Part shown: positions 40,368-48,857 of the stretch, piece after piece
How positions within the stretch are numbered: position 1 is the first letter of the stretch
Layout of the letters: every line of letters starts with the position of its first letter
Origin: a virus
Virus record (IMG/VR): IMGVR_UViG_3300045988_101018
Span: 61,635-125,634 of that record
Strand: one strand, 5' to 3'
Length of the DNA: 64,000 bases
Translations under genes and position numbers: made by a program
Notes under the pieces: generated by a model
Told to the model about the DNA's origin: nothing
The model's database searches: none
The model's input: the letters and a program-made list of their open reading frames with translations, nothing else

Positions 40368-41546
40368 TTATTCACCAGCTTTAAGCAAGAATTTGCGGGA
40401 GACGTTCTTGAAACTGCGCTGTCCATCCTGACTACGATACACAAAGCCCTCGCGTAGACACTTCTTATTGATTACACTCTTGCCATCAGCAGACTGCTTG
40501 AACTCCTCAAAGTCATCAGCATCGGGCAAGATATAGTTATCATCAATAATAGGCACGAATGGAATATCGTACTCGGCTAGAATCTTCTTTGCTTCGACAG
40601 AACCAAGACGCTCTCCATCAAAGATTAGATTGAATGCTGCAAAGCGGCGCTCATCAAGCTTGTACTTGTTACCCTGTACGGACTCACCGTATGTCTCACC
40701 CTGTAGTACAACGTGCTTATGGTTATGCTTCTTTGCAATATCCTTAAGAGCATCCTCGACATTGTACTTGAAAGCCATTTCCCAGTAGACGTTTCCGATA
40801 CCAGACATATCAGAAACAAAGTTCTTCTGGTCTGCATCCATCTGACGAACATTGCGTGAACACACACCAAAATCAGGCTTACGACCACTCAAATCAAGGA
40901 AGAACGTAGTAGAAGTGCCATCAATCTTCTCAGTCACAACATAAGGATTCTTGTCTTCGAGCATGAACATAACATTCTCGATGCGATCCTCATCTGTTTT
41001 CTTTACCCATACAGGCCAATTCTTAGGATTGTCTTTCTTACGACCAAAGAAAACAAACAGTAGCTTGCGACCCCATGCACGCTTCATAAGCCACTTCCAC
41101 CACTTCTTCTTGGCAAGCTTAGAATTGCGTGCGCACATATTATTGTACTTGGCGTTGGGATTAGACTTAGCCTTACGAGCATTATCCTCGGCTACATAAT
41201 ACTTAATACCAAGCAGATTTGTCACGTCCTCGTGAACGTCCTTATCCTTAATCTCAGGGAACACATCAATGGGCATGAGAAGTCCCTGCGAATAGACCTT
41301 ACACATCTTAATGGTCTTAACCTTATAATGCTTTTTCTCAAGGAATGCAAAGCGCTCATCGTTACTAGGAACAAGCGAATCAGTCTCGATATACAAAGCC
41401 TTATCGCCTACCTTAAACTGATTCTTCTGGGCGATAATCCACCAGCCGCCGACACGTGCATGTTCAACACGGTCATAGTTTGGAATAGGCTTAATCTCCT
41501 CAACGATAACTGGATAAGCCAATGCACGCTCGCCATTTACTAGCAT
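40368..41546 (-). CDS. ATP-dependent polynucleotide (RNA) ligase, KxDG nucleotidyltransferase with N-terminal extra domain
   Basis: 392 aa; VVTEKIDGTSTTFF motif I lysine at ~215; stop/start overlap with Pnk-like gene. Confidence 0.6.
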   Translation of the reverse strand: MLVNGERALAYPVIVEEIKPIPNYDRVEHARVGGWWIIAQKNQFKVGDKALYIETDSLVPSNDERFAFLEKKHYKVKTIKMCKVYSQGLLMPIDVFPEIKDKDVHEDVTNLLGIKYYVAEDNARKAKSNPNAKYNNMCARNSKLAKKKWWKWLMKRAWGRKLLFVFFGRKKDNPKNWPVWVKKTDEDRIENVMFMLEDKNPYVVTEKIDGTSTTFFLDLSGRKPDFGVCSRNVRQMDADQKNFVSDMSGIGNVYWEMAFKYNVEDALKDIAKKHNHKHVVLQGETYGESVQGNKYKLDERRFAAFNLIFDGERLGSVEAKKILAEYDIPFVPIIDDNYILPDADDFEEFKQSADGKSVINKKCLREGFVYRSQDGQRSFKNVSRKFLLKAGE

Positions 41547-41629
41547 ATCGTAACCTTTCTACTCTAGTAAACTTGTTGTTATCATATTATAGCAACTGTT
41601 TTAGTTTCAAACACGTCAAAGCAACGGAT

Positions 41630-42796
41630 TTAGTTGCTATTCCTTATAATCTTCATAATCTTTACTACTTTTTCAATAACATAATCAATGGCTTCATATG
41701 TAATGTCAGAAGAAATCGTAAATCTAATAGACCTTGCACATTCTTCATCCGTTAATCCAAGGGCTTTGAGAACATAAGACGGCTTCTTAGAATGACTATT
41801 GCAGGCAGAACCAGTGCTGCATTGAATATCATCTAGGTCAAGCATATACAAAAGCTCTTCTGAACCAATGCCTTCAGGCAACCTTACATTAATATTATTT
41901 GGCAGTCTTGACGCTAAACTGCCATTTGGAACACATCCTCTTGTGACAAGCTCACGCATGAAATAATTACGCTTCATACATATGGCATCTTTATTTTCCA
42001 TTTCCTCAGATGCGAGTTCAACGGCTTTCGCAAAGCCGACAATACCAGCAACATTTTCAGTTCCCCCTCTAAGTCCAGAATTCTGGCTACCATAGATAAT
42101 GGGCTGAATTTCAATGCCGTTTTTCTTGTATAAGAACCCAACCCCTTTAACACCTCCAATCTTATGTGCCGATGCGCTTAACATATCAATACCCATTTCC
42201 TTAACATCAATAGGAATCTGTCCAAAGGCTTGCGTTGCATCTACATGAAGAACGCCACCATATTTATGAACAATCTCAGAGACATCCACGATGTTCTGAA
42301 TAGTGCCAACCTCGTTATTCGCCATCTGAATCGACACTAAAACATCATAATAAGTAGGTTCTTCACGCTCTTCGAATACAGACTCAAGTTGGTCTACATC
42401 TACAAACCCAAATTCATCAACATCAAGATATGTTACATCACAATAGTAAGTACTGCTACCAAGTCGCTCCATAGCATCAACACATTCCATGATAGACTTG
42501 TGCTCAATCTTGGTTGTAACAATGGAAGTACTGGAAATATCCATCATACCAGCAAGCACATAACCCTGAATAGCCCAGCAATTGCTTTCAGAACTGCCAG
42601 AAGTGAAATAGATTTCATCTACATCCGCATTGATGAAGTTTGCAATCGTCTGGCGTGAATCTTCAATGGCGTGCTTGACCCTAGCGCCGCTACTATAAAT
42701 AGCAGAAGGATTATAAAACTCGTCCTTCAAATATGGCATCATGGCTTCAAGAACTTCTGTGTTAACCATAGTAGTTCCTGCATTGTCTAAGTACAT
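41630..42796 (-). CDS. cysteine desulfurase (NifS/IscS-like class V aminotransferase)
   Basis: 388 aa; PLP-lysine SASAHKIGG, active-site CSTGSACNS. Confidence 0.75.
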   Translation of the reverse strand: MYLDNAGTTMVNTEVLEAMMPYLKDEFYNPSAIYSSGARVKHAIEDSRQTIANFINADVDEIYFTSGSSESNCWAIQGYVLAGMMDISSTSIVTTKIEHKSIMECVDAMERLGSSTYYCDVTYLDVDEFGFVDVDQLESVFEEREEPTYYDVLVSIQMANNEVGTIQNIVDVSEIVHKYGGVLHVDATQAFGQIPIDVKEMGIDMLSASAHKIGGVKGVGFLYKKNGIEIQPIIYGSQNSGLRGGTENVAGIVGFAKAVELASEEMENKDAICMKRNYFMRELVTRGCVPNGSLASRLPNNINVRLPEGIGSEELLYMLDLDDIQCSTGSACNSHSKKPSYVLKALGLTDEECARSIRFTISSDITYEAIDYVIEKVVKIMKIIRNSN

Positions 42797-42898
42797 ACAT
42801 TAACTCCTTAACAATATGGAGAATAGCAGCGACTAGTATTCTATCAGAATACATATTATCCAAACCATTCTCCATATAATTTATATGTATTCTATTGT

Positions 42899-43453
42899 TT
42901 AGCAGTAAACCTTATTATAATAGTCATTACGATAAGGATTAAACTCACGATAGCGGCGCTTATGACTATGACGCGCTAAATCATCAAGATAATCATCAAC
43001 ATAATCTAGATAATCACTGTAAGTCTGAATGAGCTTATCCCAATAATCATCGTCCTCATCATCATGATTCTTGCGCTTCGGCTCATCCTTTACATCATCC
43101 TCGTCCTGAGAATCATATAGGTCGCAATGCTCGCAATCTCCATCGCAATCTTGCTCATCAACGACATCATCGCCATCGGAAACATCTGAATAATGGTATA
43201 GTTTGTTCTGTAGGAGATAGCCCTCAAGCTCCCACACCTTGCGCTCAATATTCTTCATGCAAATGTCAATACCCATATCTTCATCATAATTAGCAGGATC
43301 AACGCAAGAAGAAGATTCGACAATTACAAAACCATTTGGCAGCTGACATGCCACAATAGTACACTTATCAAATGCCTTGGTAATTGCAATATCGGAACTC
43401 TCAATAAGTTCATCTACAACAGCCTGAGTTACCGTATTCTTTGTACGTGCCAT
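42899..43453 (-). CDS. highly acidic early protein (candidate DNA mimic / anti-restriction)
   Basis: 184 aa; C-terminal half ~45% D/E with Tyr (DDEDDDYWDKLIQTYSDYLDYVDDYLDD); preceded by early motif. Confidence 0.5.
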   Translation of the reverse strand: MARTKNTVTQAVVDELIESSDIAITKAFDKCTIVACQLPNGFVIVESSSCVDPANYDEDMGIDICMKNIERKVWELEGYLLQNKLYHYSDVSDGDDVVDEQDCDGDCEHCDLYDSQDEDDVKDEPKRKNHDDEDDDYWDKLIQTYSDYLDYVDDYLDDLARHSHKRRYREFNPYRNDYYNKVYC

Positions 43454-43473
43454 AATAAATCACCTTTCTATTG

Positions 43474-43494
43474 GCATATAACCTTAATTATAAG
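43474..43494 (-). promoter_or_regulatory. early motif copy 6 (CTTATAATTAAGGTTATATGC) upstream of acidic-protein gene
   Basis: read directly; followed by RBS AAAGGTGA. Confidence 0.5.
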
Positions 43495-44026
43495 ACAGAA
43501 AATCAATAGCTTTTGTGCCGAGTCTTTCCACAGTCCTAGTGACATTCTGTCTTGTACAATCCATTGTATCACTAATCTCTTGATGTGTCATCCCATTTAA
43601 TAGACATGATAAAATATATTTTTCATTGTCGTTTAAGCTGTCGATAAATTCTTTAACCATCATGTCACTGATAATTCTATCATCAAAATCATAATCAATC
43701 AAATTTTGGTTAATTTCTTCATCAGAAACACACATGTTTTCATATGAATAATAATCTGCCAATTCTTTTTCTTCGTTTAACAGATAATATGGGTTTGCAT
43801 CGTTAAGCGCACCATCAATGATTCTATTCATTTCATCTGTCTCGCCATTAGAAAACTCTCTAAGTTTATATTCGTTTTCCAATAGCCATTCAATAGCTTC
43901 TAATGAACAGTCACCAGCATGATCGCAATTATAATCCGCATCTGATATCTCAATATCAAGACAACTATAAAAATCATAGTAGAAATCATCGTTTTCTACT
44001 GTTTGTTCTTTAATGGGTGTTTCCAT
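43484..44026 (-). CDS. sigma-70 region-4-like HTH protein (putative phage sigma factor / transcription regulator)
   Basis: 180 aa; C-terminal EKYILSCLLNGMTHQEISDTMDCTRQNVTRTVERL HTH; acidic N-terminus. Confidence 0.5.
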   Translation of the reverse strand: METPIKEQTVENDDFYYDFYSCLDIEISDADYNCDHAGDCSLEAIEWLLENEYKLREFSNGETDEMNRIIDGALNDANPYYLLNEEKELADYYSYENMCVSDEEINQNLIDYDFDDRIISDMMVKEFIDSLNDNEKYILSCLLNGMTHQEISDTMDCTRQNVTRTVERLGTKAIDFLSYN

Positions 44027-44152
44027 ATATCATATTCCAACTTTCTTTCAATCTATTTACATCACAAAGAATCTTCCATCAGAAAATTCTGTTTTATTCT
44101 TATGATATTATATCAGAAAAGTAACACAAATGGAACTCTCTTCACAAAATAA

Positions 44153-44593
44153 TTACACATCAAGTTGGAGATAGCTATAACCATCGTTATCAGTATAATA
44201 GATATGCCTAATACCAAGGTTTTTCAGGGCGTTCATACAAGCAGGACATGGCTTTGCACACGCCATTTTAGTATCGTTCATCGGTCTATAGATATAGATA
44301 CTAGCCTTATCCCATCTCACATTTATTCCGACAGTATATGAAATTGAGCATATTGCAGAAATCTCTGCGTGTAATTTATCTGGGGAGTATACATCGGCAT
44401 TGTTGTAATCTCTATATCTATTAAACTCCTTCTGTAAAGGATGGGTTTTATTGCTGTTGCATCCTCGGCCTATGATATGCCCCTTATATGTTATGACAGC
44501 ACCGACATGTTGCGAACGTCTTTTATACGTGCTTTTTATTGCTTCTTTATGCGCTTCGTTGAACATTCGCATATCGAACTTTGAGAACTCCAC
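44153..44593 (-). CDS. dCMP deaminase (CMP/dCMP deaminase zinc-binding family)
   Basis: 146 aa; HAEISAI and CAKPCPAC zinc ligand motifs. Confidence 0.8.
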   Translation of the reverse strand: MEFSKFDMRMFNEAHKEAIKSTYKRRSQHVGAVITYKGHIIGRGCNSNKTHPLQKEFNRYRDYNNADVYSPDKLHAEISAICSISYTVGINVRWDKASIYIYRPMNDTKMACAKPCPACMNALKNLGIRHIYYTDNDGYSYLQLDV

Positions 44594-44601
44594 TTTAACC
44601 C

Positions 44602-44994
44602 TTAATCATATAGCCTGTTTTTACTTCTTGCATTTGCATATTCATCCTGTGGGTTGTACCCATCAGAACAATTATGCGTTAAATGCCATCGCTTACATAT
44701 CTTGCACTTATATGGCATCAGTATATTTCCAGAACTGTTAAATATCTTCCTTGCCGCACATAGGGCATCATATCTACACGAGTATACCTTCTTTGATTTA
44801 CAAGTGTCGATATTCTTTCCGCGCACATGTATAAAGTTTGGACAAAGGAATGACTTGTCATACAGCTTAGTTGTATCTTCAATCATATCGTGAGTTGTAT
44901 TGTCATACCCACAAAGAACTGAACTTCCATGTTCTTTAATTCTGTTTTGGCATACTGTGCATATAAATGTCGGCATATATATTCTCCAATACAC
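44602..44994 (-). CDS. Cys-rich zinc-ribbon protein
   Basis: 130 aa; multiple CxxC pairs. Confidence 0.5.
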   Translation of the reverse strand: MYWRIYMPTFICTVCQNRIKEHGSSVLCGYDNTTHDMIEDTTKLYDKSFLCPNFIHVRGKNIDTCKSKKVYSCRYDALCAARKIFNSSGNILMPYKCKICKRWHLTHNCSDGYNPQDEYANARSKNRLYD

Positions 44995-45031
44995 TTGCTT
45001 TGCGTATATATTATATCATCTAGATATAAAA

Positions 45032-45064
45032 AGAGAGGGTACATCCAAAAGGACGTACCCTCTC
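45032..45064 (-). terminator. rho-independent terminator (11-bp stem AGAGAGGGTAC/GTACCCTCTCT + U-run on minus strand)
   Basis: read directly; downstream of SPFH gene stop. Confidence 0.7.
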
Positions 45065-45179
45065 TACATATATTAAACACAATTGCTTTCGCGTTAAGAT
45101 TTCAAGAACGCATTCTCTACTTTCACATAGCCGAAACTATCCGTCTTTCATGGGCTTAAACCAAGGCTATTCAAACAAG

Positions 45180-46202
45180 CTAATTACCAGTGTTAATCAT
45201 TGGAGTAGAACCGTTAGGAACCACAACAAGATTGCCTTCCTTGCCGACATCCTTTAGTGCATCAATGTAATGCTGCTGCAACACTTGGTCATTAAGGCTC
45301 TGTGCAAGAACAGCATTTGCATCTGCTTCACCCTGAGCTTCAATCTTCTTAGTCTCAGCCTGAACCTTGGCAGTCTCCTGCTCATTCTTCGCCTTCTGCT
45401 TTGCCACTTCAGCTGCCTGAGCCTGTGAATAGCTATCGGTAATAGACTTAGGATAGCGTACATCCTGTACGCTTACCTGCTCAACAGTAAGACCGATTTT
45501 ATTCCACTTCTTAGTCAGCGCATCCTGAACCGCCTTAGTGAACTGAGAGCGATCGGTCAGCATGGTAACGGTATCAAACTTACCAGAAACCTCACGGGTA
45601 ACAGCACGAACATCATTGGAAATATACTTCTCAACAAAGCTCTCCTGAGTACCATACTCAGAATAAAGATTAAGTGCTGAGTCTGGATTTAAACTATAGT
45701 TAACCTGAATATCAATGTTGGCACTGGCACCAGACTTATCATTGATTGATACCTGCTTGCCCTCATATGAGCCACCATCAACCTTGTAATCGGTATCGCC
45801 ATAGAAATTGATAAGATTGTTGCGTACATCATACGTAATAACATCTTGCCAAGGCATCTTGATATGGAAACCAGCTTCAGAAGTTGAATCGGCAAGAGAA
45901 CCACCGAGATTACGAATTACGCAAACCTCACCAGTGTCCTGTGTATAGATGCAAGAACCACTGATAAATGCAAAGGCAAAGACAATACATACTACTGCAA
46001 CGCCACGAGCGCAAGTGTGCGCAAATTTTACAGTCTTAATATCCGTCTCGTTTTTAATATATGACTTCCCAAGAATATTGGTGTCTTCGACAGGTTCGGG
46101 AATCTTTGTGCGAATATCAAAGACAATGAATGGAATTGCAATAAGTAGTGCAATAATTCCGACAACAAACGTTATCATACCAACCCTTTCTACGTACAAC
46201 AT
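45180..46202 (-). CDS. SPFH/band-7 (prohibitin/HflC-like) membrane protein
   Basis: 340 aa; N-terminal TM helix, SPFH core, Ala/Gln/Glu-rich coiled C-terminal region. Confidence 0.75.
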   Translation of the reverse strand: MLYVERVGMITFVVGIIALLIAIPFIVFDIRTKIPEPVEDTNILGKSYIKNETDIKTVKFAHTCARGVAVVCIVFAFAFISGSCIYTQDTGEVCVIRNLGGSLADSTSEAGFHIKMPWQDVITYDVRNNLINFYGDTDYKVDGGSYEGKQVSINDKSGASANIDIQVNYSLNPDSALNLYSEYGTQESFVEKYISNDVRAVTREVSGKFDTVTMLTDRSQFTKAVQDALTKKWNKIGLTVEQVSVQDVRYPKSITDSYSQAQAAEVAKQKAKNEQETAKVQAETKKIEAQGEADANAVLAQSLNDQVLQQHYIDALKDVGKEGNLVVVPNGSTPMINTGN

Positions 46203-46207
46203 TCAAA

Positions 46208-46241
46208 CAAAAAAAACAGGATGCGTATTCACGGCACATCC
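46208..46241 (-). terminator. rho-independent terminator ending the tRNA operon (GGATG..CATCC stem + U8 on minus strand)
   Basis: read directly. Confidence 0.65.
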
Positions 46242-46420
46242 AGAGGATCTGTTTTTACGGTGTTTCAGCTCACCAATTACTCCGTGAAAGCACTTGCTTA
46301 TCTCCTAGCAAGAAGGCTCGCTATCCTCCCGAATAGCTATGCGGCGTTGCCTATTCTTCCGCGAAAGATTGTTTTCGGGGACAATCTTGAAACCCACTGC
46401 CAATAGGGGCAGGATGTATA

Positions 46421-46506
46421 TGGCGGAGACATTGGGAATCGAACCCAAACTAGATTGCTCTAGGACACCTTAGCAGGGTGCTGCGCTACCTTTACGCCAT
46501 GTCTCC
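46421..46506 (-). tRNA. tRNA-Ser (anticodon GCU), type II with long variable arm
   Basis: cloverleaf folded by hand: acceptor GGAGACA/TGTCTCC, anticodon loop CUGCUAA, T-loop GGTTCGATTCC, CCA encoded. Confidence 0.8.
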
Positions 46507-46596
46507 TTCGTTGCGGGGTGCGTTGCCAACTACACCACATGTCTTTTGTAAAATAACATAATAATAAGCACATGGCTACTTATTTTCCGTCTATAC

Positions 46597-46680
46597 TGAG
46601 ACACGTCTGGACTCGAACCAGAGACAGTTGAGCCGTTATCATCCATGAGAATCTGGCTTTATCGTGATTATATCCACGCC
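46597..46680 (-). ncRNA. tRNA-like 3' fragment (T-arm TCTGG-TTCGAGT-CCAGA plus acceptor-like strand) with no matching 5' acceptor; preceded by extended -10 promoter TTGACATTGTATAAT
   Basis: T-arm consensus present but no cloverleaf could be completed; possible degenerate tRNA or small RNA. Confidence 0.3.
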
Positions 46681-46720
46681 CCGATTATTATACAATGTCA
46701 ACTATGACAAGAAAAAATCA

Positions 46721-46796
46721 TGGAGCCGATGACAGGAATCGAACCTGCAACAGACTGATTACAAATCAGTTACTCTACCAATTGAGTCACATCGGC
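46721..46796 (-). tRNA. tRNA-Thr (anticodon UGU)
   Basis: acceptor GCCGATG/CATCGGC, anticodon loop TTTGTAA, T-loop GGTTCGATTCC, CCA encoded. Confidence 0.8.
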
Positions 46797-46815
46797 AATT
46801 GTGCAATTGATTGTG

Positions 46816-46889
46816 TGCGCTATGTAGGATTCGAACCTACGACCTACAGATTAGAAGTCTGTTACTCTATCCAGCTGAGTTAATAGCGC
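46816..46889 (-). tRNA. tRNA-Arg (anticodon UCU)
   Basis: acceptor GCGCTAT/ATAGCGC, anticodon loop CTTCTAA, T-loop GGTTCGAATCC. Confidence 0.8.
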
Positions 46890-46940
46890 ACACAATCAAT
46901 TGTTGTATATAAAAGATATTATATCATATCTTAATATATC

Positions 46941-47025
46941 TGGTAGGGAAGAAGGGATTCGAACCCTCACGCTCTATGAGCAAGAGATTTTAAGTCTCCG
47001 ATGTCTGCCATTCCATCACTTCCCC
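46941..47025 (-). tRNA. tRNA-Leu (anticodon UAA), type II
   Basis: acceptor GGGGAAG/CTTCCCT, anticodon loop CTTAAAA, long variable arm, CCA encoded. Confidence 0.8.
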
Positions 47026-47031
47026 GAGTTT

Positions 47032-47106
47032 TGGTATCGGCTACGGGAATCGAACCCGTGTTTCCACCTTGAAAGGGTGATGTCCTAACCGTTAGACGAA
47101 GCCGAC
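47032..47106 (-). tRNA. tRNA-Glu (anticodon UUC)
   Basis: acceptor GTCGGCT/AGCCGAT, anticodon loop CTTTCAA, T-loop GGTTCGATTCC, CCA encoded. Confidence 0.8.
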
Positions 47107-47109
47107 ATT

Positions 47110-47195
47110 TGGTGCCGCATCTAGGTAACGCTCCTAGCCAGTCATAGACATTGGATTTACAGTCCAACCCTCGTCTTTAAAGGATTACTGCGGCA
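47110..47195 (-). tRNA. tRNA-Tyr (anticodon GUA), type II, non-canonical T-loop (AGCGTTA)
   Basis: perfect 7-bp acceptor TGCCGCA/TGCGGCA, anticodon loop CTGTAAA, CCA encoded; D- and T-arms atypical. Confidence 0.6.
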
Positions 47196-47197
47196 AT

Positions 47198-47274
47198 TGG
47201 TGGACACAGTAGGATTTGAACCTACGACCTTATGCGTGTAAAGCATCTGCGCTAACCAGCTGCGCCATGCGTCC
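47198..47274 (-). tRNA. tRNA-Val (anticodon UAC)
   Basis: acceptor GGACGCA/TGTGTCC, anticodon loop TTTACAC, T-loop GGTTCAAATCC, CCA encoded. Confidence 0.8.
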
Positions 47275-47275
47275 G

Positions 47276-47351
47276 TGGTGGGGTCGGTGGGGGTCGAACC
47301 CACGACCTTGGGATTAAAAGTCCCCTGCTCTTCCAACTGAGCTACAACCCC
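47276..47351 (-). tRNA. tRNA-Lys (anticodon UUU)
   Basis: acceptor GGGGTTG/CGACCCC, anticodon loop CTTTTAA, T-loop GGTTCGACCCC, CCA encoded. Confidence 0.8.
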
Positions 47352-47355
47352 GTTA

Positions 47356-47430
47356 TGGTGGGAGATGAGTGAGTCGAACACTCTTCAATCCGTTATAAGC
47401 AGACTGCCCTAACCGTTGTGCTAATCTCCC
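47356..47430 (-). tRNA. tRNA-Ile-like with anticodon UAU (AUA decoder) - unusual
   Basis: acceptor GGGAGAT/ATCTCCC, anticodon stem GTCTG/CGGAT with loop CTTATAA, T-arm GAGTG-TTCGACT-CACTC, CCA encoded. Confidence 0.6.
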
Positions 47431-47461
47431 ATAGCCATTACAATAGACGGTAATATATCGT

Positions 47462-47547
47462 TGGCAGTGACAAGATTTGAACTTGTATACAGGAGCTACC
47501 TGTTTTGCCCATTAAAGCATAGCGTATACCGATTTCGCCACACCGCC
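47462..47547 (-). tRNA. type II tRNA-like gene (Leu/Ser/Tyr-class architecture) with unresolved anticodon arm containing UUUAAUGG (possible 8-nt loop)
   Basis: acceptor GGCGGTG/CACTGCC, T-arm ACAAG-TTCAAAT-CTTGT, variable arm ACAGG-TAGCT-CCTGT; no standard 5-bp/7-nt anticodon stem-loop could be drawn. Confidence 0.5.
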
Positions 47548-47560
47548 AAGTCACATTACC

Positions 47561-48700
47561 GTCTATGGAATATATACTTTTCAAGCATGGTCTATATGCT
47601 CTTAGATCGATTCTGGCAATAAATCTGTTCATACCATACAACAACACGCAATGATAATATATACTCCATAGACGGTGGTAGCTTACTAAAGTCCTCACCA
47701 ACTACCAGAGGGGTCACTTATTTTAAATACCGTCCGCGCTGGCAGACCTTCCAACGCTACCGATTTTACGCAACGGTGTACGCTTAACAGTCCGCTTCCT
47801 CCGTTAAGACAAGGGGTAACATTACGCCGTTACCATGCGCCCAAGACTTGTCAGGTAGCTATCTCCATCGTAAACCTTGGGACTAAGCGTTAACGGAAAA
47901 TACGTTTGAGTTAAATTGGAGCAACCATGAAACCAAAACAGAAAGGAGCCATTGTATTTTCCGTCTGCGGAATCGTACCGCACCATCTGTATCAGCAAAG
48001 CAACCAAAAACCTAATACAGAATCGAACCTCGCTTTGTCGGTCAAGCAAACCAACGCGAAAGATTGTCTCAGGCCTTCGCCTTACCTTCATAAAACGTAG
48101 TGGTAATTCGGTCACATAGGAAATGGAGCTGAGACACAAGGAGCGACCTCGTATCTTTCCATCCCAACTTGCGTCAATCTATGGCTGGATTGGCTACCAA
48201 CAACTTTCACCCACCATTCAGCATATTAATCTTCTATACTATCCAAATTTGGGCTACTCGTACTCACGTCTGGTCTTATAGCTGATTACCAGCATCAATT
48301 GGACAACTATCTTGTGGCACTCCAAGCGATTGGCATAGCTGCCACACTATCCTCTACTTGGTTCAATGAAGTGCGTACCTCATATCTATTGCGATAGCGA
48401 CCAGTTAGCGATACCATTTTCTTGCGTTTCATCACAGCACCGTGTCTGCCCTCAGTTGAGATTTTCCATCTCTCCTGCCCTTCTAAAGATGTCAGTTACC
48501 TGCATCAGGCAAAGCCTACCTATAGGGTATCCTCTATAGTGGAACTCTTTGAACACGTCCATGACCCAATGGAATTTGGAATACACATGGTTGAAACAAT
48601 CCTTCGCGTTGATTTCTCAACGCTGATACTTTATGCAAATATCAAGGTGCAACTGGAAACTTCCGTTTCTCTGTGTCAGATATTATAGCATCTAACTTTA
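47561..48700 (-). ncRNA. ~1.1-kb ORF-poor, GC-richer region adjacent to tRNA array: candidate large structured ncRNA (ROOL/GOLLD-like?); strand not determined
   Basis: only short random-looking ORFs; 18-bp near-perfect inverted repeat 47569-47587/47650-47668; composition differs from flanks; context typical of phage large ncRNAs. Confidence 0.35.
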
Positions 48701-48857
48701 TCAGTTGCAAGAACTTTTTTGAACTTTTTTCCATCTTCTTTTCTCAAGGTGCTCATCAGATTGATCTGCGATTTGTCCGCGTCTCTTTCTGACATCAACT
48801 ATATTACACGGTGCCTATATCTATGTCAACAACTTTTTTAGAAAATTTTGAAAACTT

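Noticed and set aside
46695-47701. ORFs predicted inside the tRNA array (46695..46883, 46900..47088, 46967..47167, 47157..47381, 47438..47701)
   Set aside because: They overlap hand-folded tRNA cloverleaves and have no RBS. They are typical artefacts of GC-richer RNA genes.
47822-48688. ORFs 47822..48139(-) and 48422..48688(+) within the putative ncRNA region
   Set aside because: They are short and low-complexity, with no RBS and no start context. The region is better explained as structured RNA or non-coding.
46576-48700. tmRNA or RNase P RNA
   Set aside because: There is no tag-peptide reading frame ending in ...ALAA-stop. No pairing between a GGGG 5' end and the 3' acceptor-like strand was found. 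The RNase P conserved blocks are not recognisable.
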